The notes under the pieces were generated by a model. The model worked only from the letters and a program-made list of their open reading frames with translations, made no database searches and had not been told where the DNA came from. A stretch of 64,000 bases of DNA from NCBI RefSeq assembly GCF_009914755.1, contig NC_060932.1, one strand, 5' to 3'. A program made the position numbers and the translations under genes. This document shows positions 13,260-23,830 of the stretch, piece after piece (the stretch's first letter is position 1; every line of letters begins with the position of its first letter). Source of the stretch: the human T2T-CHM13v2.0 reference genome, Homo sapiens.

Positions 13260-14899
13260 CACTTGTGTGGCATTATTTCTGAGGCCTCTGTTCTGTTCCA
13301 TTGGTCTATATGTCGGTTTTGGTAACAGTACCATGCTGTTCTGGTTACGATAGCGTTATAGAATAGTTTGAAGTCAGGTAGCATGATGCCTCCAGCTTTG
13401 TTGTTTTTGCTTAGGATGGTCTTGGCTATATGGGCTCTTTTTTGGTTCCCTATGGAATTTAAAGTAGTTTTTTCTAATTCCATGAGGAAAGTCAATGGTA
13501 GATTGATGGGGATAGCACCGAATCTATAAATTACTTTGGACAGTGTGGCCATTTTTATGATATTGATTCTTCCTACCTATAAGCATGGAATGTTTTTCCA
13601 TTGGTTTATGTCCTCTCTTATTTCCTTGAGCAGTGGTTTGTAGTTCTCCTTGAAGAGGTCCTTCACATCCCTTGTAAGTTGTATTCCTAGGCATTTTATT
13701 CTCTTTGTAGCAATTGTGACTGGGAATTCACTCATGATTTGGCTCTCTGTTTGTCTATTATTGGCATATAGGAATGTTTGTGATTTTTGCACATTGATTT
13801 TGTATCCTAAGACTTTGCTGAAGTTGCTTATCAGCTTAAAGATATTATGGGCTGAGACGATGGGGTTTTCTAAATACACGATCATTTCATCTGCAAACAG
13901 AAACAATTTGACTTCCTCTTTTCCTATTTGAATACCCTTTATTTCTTTCTCTTGCCTGATTGCCCTGGCCAGAACTTCCAATACTATGCTGAATAGGAGC
14001 GATGAGAGAGGGCACAGCCTTGTCTTGTGCCGGTTTTCAAAGGGACTGCTTCCAGCTTTTGCCCATTCCGTGTGATATCGGCTGTGGGTTTGTCATAAAT
14101 AGCTTTTATTATTTTGAGATACAATCCATCAATACCTAGTTTGTTGAGAGATTTAGCATGAAGAGTTGTTGAATTTTACTTTATCAAGTGCCTTTTCTGA
14201 ATCTATTGAGATAATCATGTAGTTTTTGTCATTGGTTCTGTTTATGTGATCGATTACGTTTATTGATTTCCATATGTTGAACCAGCCTTGCATCCCAGTG
14301 ATGAAGCCTACTTGATCACGGTAGATAAGCTTTTTGATGTGCTGCTGAATTCAGATTGCCAGTATTTTATTGAGGATTTTCGCATTTATGTTCATCAGGA
14401 ATATTGGTCTAAAATTTTCTTTTTTGTTGTTGTGTCTCTGCCAGGTTTTGGTATCAGGATGATGCTGGCCTCATGAAATAGTTAGAGAGGAGTCCCTCTT
14501 TTTCCATTGTCTGGAATAGTTTCAGAAGAAATGGTACCAGCTCCTCTTTGTACCTCTGGTAGAATTCGGCTGTGAACCTGTCTGGTCCTGGGCTTTTTTT
14601 GGTTGGTAGGCTATTAATTACTGCCTCAATTTCAAAACTTGTTATTGGTCTCTTCAGGGATTCAACTTCTTCCTGGTTTAGTCTTGGAAGGGTGTATGTG
14701 TCCAGGAATTTATCCATTTCTTCTAGATTTTCTAGTTTATTTGCACAGAGGTGTTTGTAGTATTCTCTGATGGTAGTTTGTATTTCTGTGGGATCAGTGG
14801 TGATATCCCCTTCATCATTTTTTACTGCGTCTATTTGATTCTTCTCTCCTTTCTTCTTTATTATTAGTCTGGCTAGCAGTCCATATATTTGGTTAATCT
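13260..14899 (-). mobile_element. L1PA (roughly PA7-PA8 age) internal ORF2 fragment with disrupted reverse transcriptase
   Basis: ORF track 14454-14912, 13577-13981 and 13259-13552 gives L1 ORF2 peptides ([52 protein letters not shown]); frameshifted, FADD motif mutated to FADE. Confidence 0.95.
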
Positions 14900-16044
14900 G
14901 AAATAGAGGCAATAATTAATAGCCTACCAACGAATAGAAAGCTTCTTGTTCTTATGGAAACTGAGCTGTGGGGAAGGGAAGATAGAGGATGGATAGGAAG
15001 TAGATAAGAGTTCCTACCTAAGGTGTTTGTATATCCAGGAAGGCTAATAAAAAAGATTGTGACATCACTAGCATAAGAGATGATGAGACCCTCAGTTAGG
15101 AAATATCACTGAATAGAGAAGAGGGTATCGAACAAAACACAAGCTGTGTATATTCACAGGAGCATGGTCCTTAGAATCCACTTTCCTGGATTATAACTCC
15201 GTCCTTGCCATTTATTCATCATGGCTTTTGGCAGCTCAGACCATTCCTCTTAGCCTCAGTTTCTTCATCTACACAATAAGCAGGTTAGAGCTGATAATAT
15301 GTAAAGTCTTTTGCCACAGACACTTCAGCTTGTTGACAGTTTTTCCCTGAGCCAAACTTCTCAGATGTTCTTTCGCTAAAAAAAACTGCACAGCATAAAA
15401 CTTAAATGACCAAGAACCTATTAGAAAATTAGTAGTTGCAACCCCAAGGAAATGAAAAGTTTAACTAGTGTGAAGGCAGAGCTGGTGTTTAAATGGGGGA
15501 AAAGCATTCACACAGAACCCTTAATTGGTAACTAGGGCAGCCCGAGTTAGGCGGCTAACAAGCTGAACAATTTTGATGACATAAAATTAACACCAGGACA
15601 CAGGAAAAGCCTGTTTTATTTGCTATTTTATGTGTTATGTGACAATTTAATTAAACTTTGAAGGAATCCAAGCAGTTAATTCCCCAGAGAAATAAACCAA
15701 GAATGACATTTAGGCCTGTCTCCTAAGGAGTTAGGCAAGGGAGTACTTTTTCATTTTATAATGCTATAAACCCAACTTTTACCTTGAAATTAGTAAGTGC
15801 GATTAAATAGCCTTAGTTTTGCCTGCATCCCTTCTCCTTTCTCCTCCCAGGATTGACTTAAAGTCACCAGCATATCCAAGTGAGTATGATAAAGGCAATA
15901 TGAGTTGCACCTCATAATCTGTAGAATGAACTTTCAATATATGCTACATTGCAGGCTCAACCTGGGCATCTCTGCTTTCTTTTTACAAACGCTAGTTGAG
16001 ATGGCATAATGTAACAACAACAGCCACAACTATCACCACACAAT

Positions 16045-16480
16045 GTTAGTCAAGAGAAGCTAGCTTATGCTGCAATAACAAAGAATTCCAACATCTTAGT
16101 GCTCCAAACAGCAATGGTGTATTTCTCACTCATGGTTCTTGTCGACCCAGGGTTTCCTGGGGATTCTGCTCCATCAGGCCACCTCTTAGTACCAAGACAG
16201 GTGAAACAGCCATGGTCTAGATTATTGTTGGTCTTCATGGCATAAGAAAAGCAACAAGACTGAAGGAGGTGCCAGCCCTCAAAGCTTCCATCTGAAATTG
16301 ACATGTTGCAGCTACATCAGGCACTTCTTACGAGAATCTAATGGATATGTGTCAATTTCACTCACATTTTATTCACTGAAGCCTGTCCCATGATCACCTC
16401 TAAATGGAAGTGCAGAGAAGTGTAGTTCTTCCATGTGTCTGAAGGGGGGAGAGATGGAAATATCTAGTGAACAGCATTTC
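16045..16480 (-). mobile_element. MLT1 (J/K-like) MaLR LTR
   Basis: Antisense MaLR end TTATGCTGCAATAACAAAG...TATTTCTCACTCATG; CACTCACATTTTATT... Confidence 0.65.
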
Positions 16481-17726
16481 CCATGTGCCAAAGTTTGTCC
16501 TAAACAACATATGTATATATGTGCATGTGTACATATACGCTCATATGTATATACACATAGATACATAGATTCATTTATATATATAAAATAGATATGCACA
16601 TATGTAATCTGAATAATACAAAAATATTTGTGTAGTAGTTTCAGAGATCTTGGTGTCTGTCATCTTAGTAGGTGCCAGCATTATCCTTTCTTAGCTGTGT
16701 GTCCTGGGCATGTAAATGAGCTCTTTGTTTCTCCATTTTTCATTTGTGAAATTTCCTACCTCATGGGTCCAGGATAAATGTATAACACATATGACATTAT
16801 TTCATAAACGATCAATAAGTGCTAGTTAGAATTATCGGCAAGAAGGCTTAAACACCTTCTCTTAATAAAAACAAATAAATGGAAACAGATCAAAATGAAA
16901 CTTTCTACTCTGGTCAGAAAAGGTAACGCAGTTTTCTTTCATATAAATAACGTCAAATTGATTTGCTTCAGGCTTTGTGTATATTTTACTTCTACTCTAA
17001 GTCTGCTTGACTGTCATATCAACTTTAAGTTCACTCTATGCTCAAGCTATCATTTTTACTGCAGTTCTACAGCATTTGCTCTCTGTCCCATTCTGTGTGG
17101 TTTTAACAGTGCATTGTTTGATATTGTAATAACTTAATAAACACTTGAATGAATGTATGAGTCTCCAGTTCAGTTTTAAAGCATTAGAAAATAGCTAACC
17201 AGGCCCAGGGTCATGGGAGAGGAAAGGGGACTATCAACGGAGTGCCTACCATATGCTGAGTAAATATTGTGCGAAGCGTTATCAATATATGATTTAGTTT
17301 GATCCTCACAATACTTCACTGAATTATACATGATTGCCCCTTGCTATATAAAGAAACAGGAAATTGATACTCAAGGATCTCAATGTAATAATGAAAACAG
17401 CTACTATTTTTTGAGAACCTACAATGGGATGAGCACTTACTATTCATCAGACAATGTAATCATCACACACAGGTGCACACACACATACACACACAGAAGC
17501 ATATATCAGTCAGCACAGTGCCTATGTATTAGCCACTTAACACATGTGGACAGCTGGGTTGGGAAGGAGTATGAAGATATTTGAACAAGAGGATAAAGAG
17601 CTGATACTTATTCAGTAGCATTTTCGGGAGCTGAGTGATGTTTGAGCCTCAGCAATACAAATTGGCAACTATGTGGGATGAAGGTTGGGGAGGGTAAGAG
17701 ACTAAAGATAGGGAGATCATTTAAGA

Positions 17727-18467
17727 CAGCAGTTTCCAAACTCCTGGGCCATGGACTCGAACCCCATAGTGTTCATATAGCCTTCTGTTGAAAATATAGC
17801 CTACAGATATTCTGACCATTACTGAGATTTGCTGGAAGTAAGTGAAATTCAGCTAGATCAGAGCAGTTCAGCAACTTAGAAATCGTCACAATCAACCTCT
17901 CCATTTGACAGATGACAAAGCTGAGTTTCATAGAGGTGATGTGACTTGCCCAAAGCCATACTGATCAGGTTCCTACTGGTCTGTGGCCCATTAGGAACTA
18001 GGCTGCACAACAGGAGGTAAGCCATGGGCCAGCAAGTAAAGTTTCATCTGTATTTACAGTAGCTCCCCATTTCAGTCTTACATTACCGCCTGAGCTCTGC
18101 CTCCTGTCAGTTCTGCCTCCATTAGAATCTCATACCAGCAGGAACCCTATTGTGAACTGCATATGTGAGAGATCTAGGTTGCGCCCTCCTTATGAGAATT
18201 TAAAGCCTGATGATCTGTTACTCTGTCCTATCACCCCCAGATGGGACTATCTAGTTGCGAGAAAACAAGTTTAGGGTTTCCACCGATTCCACATTATAGT
18301 GAGTTGTATAATTATTTCATTATAAATTGAAATGCAATAATAGAAATAAAGTGCACAATAAATGTAATGCCTTTCAATCATCCTGAGCCCCACTCCTCAC
18401 CCAGGTCCATGAATAAATCGTCTTCCACAAAAGTGGTCCCTGGTGCCAAAAAGGTTGTGGACCACTG
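17727..18467 (+). mobile_element. MER1A (hAT-Charlie), interrupted near its 5' end by an insert of about 210 bp
   Basis: CAG...CTGGGCCATGGAC [insert] TACTGGTCTGTGGCCCATTAGGAAC...GGTCCCTGGTGCCAAAAAGGTTGTGGACCACTG. Confidence 0.85.
17765..17968 (+). repeat. Local direct duplicate of 23156-23359
   Basis: About 204 bp colinear, about 90% identical. Confidence 0.9.
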
Positions 18468-18469
18468 AT

Positions 18470-19460
18470 TCTTAAATCACACTATTGAGACAATTCAAGC
18501 AAGCGGCAAGAAGCACCGAACTGGGGAAGGGGCAGTGGAAACCCAGGCAGGTGGGGGTGAGGCTTCCTAAGAAGTGCTGTAAAGGCAGTGTTGAAAAAAC
18601 TAAGCACAGAAATAAGCGTGAGGACCAAGGAGGAGAGAGGCCTCCACAGTCCATCAGCTGGAGAATCTAGGTGCCTACTAGGACAATGGTGCCATTTCTG
18701 GCAATTGTAAGGCCCAGAGAAAGAGCTATTTTTGGAAGAGACATGAAGAACTGATTTCTAGGTGTATTGAAATTACAACAGATAATTGAATAGAGCTCCA
18801 CAGCAGATAGTGGACACTGCAGAATCTGAAACTCAGGAGAGGGAATTGGCTAGACCTGGACATTTGTGGATAAACAGCAGAGGGTGGGAGGCTGAAGCAT
18901 AAGGAATGAGGGGTGGCTCTCAAGGTGGAATGCATAGATACAGAAGATGAGAGATGGGAATGCAGCCTTTGGAGGAGCAGAGAGGTTGAAGGAGTGGGAC
19001 CTGGCAATGGCAGAAAAGATGTGAGGAGAAGCATTCTGAAAGTTAGGAAGAATACAGGAGGCAGACTATGAAATTTAGACTCAATTCATCAGGCTCTGAT
19101 GAGGACTGAAGGTCTTTTGACTAAGAGATTGTCATGGAAGTCAGAGGAAAATCAATGACTAAAAATGAGAGTGTGATCTACTTGTGGCACAGGTGTGTGA
19201 CACCAAGGAGGTTTCCATCAGGAAAGGCGTGGCTAGTGAGAAGTTCTCTTTTTAGATGTTTTGATGGGAGGAGAAAGAGAGTGAGAAGTGTCATTCAATA
19301 CATAGGAATGGGGGGCCCAAGTGGATATGTTTGTTTCAAAACAAGAAAAACCTGAATATTTCCTAAAACTGATGAGAAAATTTCTAACAAGGGAGAAAGT
19401 CCAGGCACAGATGAGAGAGAGATAGATTGGTTTTAAGTGCCACATGAAGCTTAAAGACTT
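18470..19460 (-). mobile_element. L2 relic
   Basis: AATCTGAAACTCAGGAGAGGG...; GATGAGGACTGAA; purine-rich antisense L2 pattern. Confidence 0.55.
19114..19268 (+). repeat. Local direct duplicate of 19647-19802
   Basis: About 155 bp, about 85% identical (TAAGAGATTGTCATGGAAGTCA...CCATCAGGAAAGGC...TAGATGTTT). Confidence 0.9.
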
Positions 19461-21400
19461 GCATTAAGGTTACAGGTAGAGGTAACTTTTGTTACCAAAG
19501 TTAGCTTTGGTAACTAAAAGGGCCAGGAGTGAGGGAAGCTGATGAACAGAAACATTTTTGGAGGAGGCAATAAAAGTTTAACTTTCTCATCTCAGAGCCT
19601 TCATCTACTAACAGAAGGAAAGATCAAGCATTTCTGCCAGTAGTGCTTTTTGAGTAAGAGATTGTCATGGAAGTCAAAGGAAAATCAATGACTAGGAATG
19701 AGAGTGTTATCTATGTATGACACAGGTGCGTGACACCAAGGAGGCTCCCATCAGGAAAGGCAGTGGCTAGTGAGGAGTGCTGTTTCTAGATGTTTGGATG
19801 GGGTTAAGTTAACTTGATAATGCCAAAGGATAACTTCATCTACTTTTTAGTTTTAGTGGAGTTATAAGCACATGACAGTGACAAGTCCATAGAACCTGAA
19901 TTGAATTCTGGATCTCACATGTGGTCAACACCCAGAAACACTCAAAAAAATGTGCAGTTAATAAATATTGAATTTTTACATTATTTAAATTTGACCTATC
20001 TTGTCTCTAATCTTACTGTCTTTACTAACTACCAACTAGATGCTAAAGTCTGAAAAACCTACTCTGTGCTATGATCTTTTATCTACATTATCCTACACTC
20101 TGTAGCTGAACTGAGAGGTTTCCTGTGTTCTCCTGTCATAGGTTAGTAAGTGTCATATCCAGAATTCAAACCATTTTCATGTCTCCAAAAAGCATATATG
20201 TTCTCTCTAGCATGAGGATACTATAGTGTTAATTTTTATGATTAGTGCACTATCTTATATTGTTAGTACTTAATGACTTCTCTTCAATGGACTTGAAGCT
20301 CTTTTTCAGGTTTGTTTTCACTCTTTCCCTACCCTCACCCCAACTTTAATTTCCTGCATATCCGGGAAGAACTGACCATGAATTTATTACTGGTATTAAG
20401 AATCATACTGTGTCAGCATGGGGAACTCTCTCTCAGCTTATCAAAAGAAAACAGCCTTTATTTTTAATGCTGAGGAAAGATTGGGATGGTAAAAAGAGAA
20501 GTATGGAAAAGTGTGGAGGGAGGAAAGAGGTAAGAATAATAGATGTGAGGAAGGTTGAGAAAGGAGGGAAAATTAAGGAGTTGGGAAAAGGCCAAGTGCA
20601 TGGATGGGGAAGAGGAAGATGTGGAAGGGGAGAGAGGAGTGGAGGAGAGGTGAGAAAAGGAGTGGACCAGGGTCAAGGACAAGTGGGAAGGGGAGTGAAG
20701 GATTTTCAACTGGGTACAGCAACTTCGTTCCCATCACTGTATATTTTGCTGCTTAGGAACCCAACCCGACCAGGCCTGTGAAGATAGGAGACAGTCTGTT
20801 GGATGCTTAATGATTTATAACAAGTACACAAGAATGCCATTAAAAACTAATTCATCACCGGCAGGCTAAATGATTTGCAAACATCTGCTCTGCAATGGGA
20901 CCCTCTTGGGAAGAGAGTTTCCAAGGGTTGAAAAGTTCTTCTAATGTAGCTATTGCATATGGGAGTTAAGACATAGACACCCACATTTGGGTCACCAGCT
21001 TTCCATCCAAAGTGATTAATTACAGTGATGCTTAAATGTCTCCTTCTGACCTGCCTCATTTGTGTGCTGGAACTCCCTCTAAAAGCTGATTACCCTCCAC
21101 AGTGATATGCAGATTAAGACATGGCAGTCCTCTACCCCGGAGGTTCATTGTCTGAGATGACTAAGTTTCTTAGAAATGGTAGGTCTCCACCTTTAAATCT
21201 GCTGACTTGACCTTCTATCAGACAGCAAATCCCAATACAAGTGAGTTCTCAGGCTAAATATGTTCACTTTTTCTTGCCTTGAACTTGACAGTGGCTCACA
21301 TTCTTCTAGAACTGGCTGTGGGTCCCTTCCCCATCCTTCATGCAATTTCAAGCAATCCTTAAATTTATCATTCTAGGTAAAAAATCTATAGCAAAGGAGA

Positions 21401-21549
21401 CATATATATAAAATCTCCTATATATATATTTGTGTATATATATATATAAAATCTCCTATATATATATATTTGTGTATATATATATATAAAATCTCCTATA
21501 TATATAATCTCCCATATATATATAAAATCTCCTATATATATATATAAAA

Positions 21550-21597
<48 letters not shown>
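21401..21597. repeat. Compound (TA)n minisatellite with AAAATCTCC and TTTGTG spacers
   Basis: Directly visible. Confidence 0.95.
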
Positions 21598-21599
<2 letters not shown>

Positions 21600-21678
21600 C
21601 CCTATATACCATGTGGTTACCTCTGAGTTAAGCTTTGGCCATGTTAGATAGTTTTCAACATGCTTATGGCTTCCCATC

Positions 21679-22132
21679 TGTTATGGGTTGAATTGTGTTC
21701 TCCAAGAAGATGTACTGAACTTCTAACCTCCAGTACCTCAGAAGGTGACTTTATTTGGAAATAGGGTTATTGCAGATGTAATTAGTTAAGATGAGGTAAT
21801 ATTGGAGCAGGGTGGGTCTCTAATTTAATACGACTGATACCCTTATAGAAAGAGGAGAGATACACAAAGGAAGAGATGGATAGGCAGTGATGAAGGCAGA
21901 CCTTGGAGTGATGATGCATGTACAAGCCAAGGAACACCAGGGATTACCAGTAGATGTCAGAAGCTGGAAGAGGCAAGGGAGGATTATTCCGCATGGGATT
22001 TAGAAGGGGCATTCATCTGTGAAGACCTTGATTTTGGAATTCTAGCCCCCAGAGCTGTCATGTAATATATTTCTGTTGTTTTAAGCCCCCAAGTTTTCGG
22101 TGCTTTGATAGGACAGCCCTGGGAAACTGGAT
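21679..22132 (+). mobile_element. MLT1B/C MaLR solo LTR
   Basis: TGTTATGGGTTGAATTGTG...TTATTTGGAAATAGGG...TTCTGTTGTTTTAAGCC...CAGCCCTGGGAAACT. Confidence 0.85.
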
Positions 22133-22149
22133 CTCTCTCGTTCTTGGCT

Positions 22150-22352
22150 TTAAGGCACTTTTGACCTCATGGGAGCCTGCTCAACCAAGTACAAGCATAC
22201 CATGAAAATGTCAGGGAGTGTGAGGGGAACTCCTCAGTCATTGAGTGATGAGAGCCAACAGATAGATTTCTCAACCAACCCATCATTTGGTGGGACAATT
22301 CTGAAGTGGACTCCACAGTTCTCAGAGGGTTCCCAGAGGAATTGAGCTCCAA
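22150..22352 (+). mobile_element. LTR16-like ERVL LTR fragment
   Basis: GGTGGGACAATTCTGAAG...CAGAGGGTTCCCAGAGGAATTGAGCTCC. Confidence 0.55.
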
Positions 22353-22498
22353 GAAGAAGGTGATGGTGGCATAAACCAAGGTGGTAGCAGTTGAGGTAGG
22401 GGGAGTTACTATCAACTGAGATGATTGGAGGGGAGTAGTTTTGCCTGTTAGTCTTTGTTGAGCACTGTCAGATTGGGTAATTTTGTCTGTTTCAATAT

Positions 22499-22980
22499 TG
22501 TGGTAGGTTAAAGATTTTTACGAGTTCTTTGCCACTCCTTCCTTCCATCAAGAGCAGTGTAAGCCTCCTCCTGCATGAGCTTTGCACTTGGCCTTTGACT
22601 TCTTCTGGCCAACGGGACATCAGCAAATTTGACACAAGCAGAGGCTTTATAAATGTGTCTGCATTGGGGCTTTCTCTGAGATTGCCATGTAAGAAAACTG
22701 GATCACCTACTGGCAGATGAGAAGCCCAGGAAGGAGAACCAAGATGTCCCAGCTGACAGCCAGCACCAAATGTCAGACATGTGAGTGAAGCCAATTTGAA
22801 TATTCCAGCTTCTGCTAAACTCCACTGACTGTAGCCACTTGAGTAAGCCCAACCACTTGGTAAACAAAATCAGCAGAAGAACTTCTAAGTCAACCCACAG
22901 AATTGCTATATACATATTGAGTTGTTTTAAGTCACTATGTTTTGGGGTGATCTGTTATGCAGAAATGCATAACTACACAA
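22499..22980 (+). mobile_element. MLT1 (F/G/H-like) MaLR solo LTR
   Basis: TGTGGTAGGTTAAAGAT...GTTGTTTTAAGTCACTATGTTTTGGGGTGATCTGTTATGCAG. Confidence 0.75.
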
Positions 22981-23369
22981 ATACCCAGCAATCTTGTGGG
23001 AGGCTGTCACTAGAAATCTCCCCGAGCTTCACACTTTGCAACCTCTGCCACAGGTAGCTATGGTCTTGCAATTAGCTTATACTTCTGGAATGAAAATCTG
23101 TTTTCCTCTTATTTTGGATGGTCTCTGTGTCCCCTTCAAGGGTGACCTTTTACCTCATAGTGTTCCTGAAGCCTTCTATTGAAAATACAACCTATAGATA
23201 TTCTGACGATTACTGAGATTTGCTGGAAGTAAATGAAATTCAGCTAGGTCAGAGCAGCTCAGCAGGTTAGAAATAGTCACAATCAACCTCTCCATTTTAA
23301 AGATGACAACACTGAGTCTCATAGAGGTGATGTGACTTGCCCAGAGCCATATTGATCAGTCCATGGCAG

Positions 23370-23830
23370 TAGAGTTAAAAGTTTGGGATTGAATCCTGTC
23401 CTTACTCATTTTTGAGCTGTGTGTCCTTGAGCTGGTTTCTTAAATTCCCTGTGCTTTAGTATCTTAATTTTTAAAATGATATAAGAACAAGTAACTTTGT
23501 TACAGGTTTTTATACTTCATGAGACACTTACAATGCTTAGCACAGTGCCTGGCAGATGGTGAATTCTCAAAAAATAGTTATTGATAATTTGTTGAGTGCC
23601 AGATGCTAGTCTATGTGCTGATGGCAGAAAAAAAGAATAAAACAGACAAAGTCTTTACCTCCATGTAGCTTATATTCTAGTAGAAGACAGACTATCCATT
23701 AAAAAAGCAAATGCATGTATAATATGATGTCAGGTACTCTGATAAAAGATAAGGAAATTGGAAAAAGAAGAGTTGGAATAATAGGTATGTTATCTGGATA
23801 TGTTGGTTCCAGAAAGTCTCTTTGAGGAGA
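23370..23830. mobile_element. MIR (+) followed by an L2 3' end (-)
   Basis: TGAATCCTG...GCTTAGCACAGTGCCTGGCA; TTGTTGAGTGCC...AACAGACAAAGTCTTTACCTCCATGTAGCTTATATTCTAGT. Confidence 0.7.

Noticed and set aside
13259-14912. Reverse-transcriptase-like ORFs as a novel RT system or gene
   Set aside because: These are ordinary L1 ORF2 remnants: frameshifted, truncated at both ends, with catalytic FADD changed to FADE.
20490-20700. Purine-rich tract with a G/K/R-rich ORF
   Set aside because: GA-rich low-complexity sequence with no clear mirror repeat or coding signal.
21401-21597. Repeat-spacer pattern resembling a CRISPR array
   Set aside because: Low-complexity TA minisatellite in primate DNA with no unique spacers and no cas genes.
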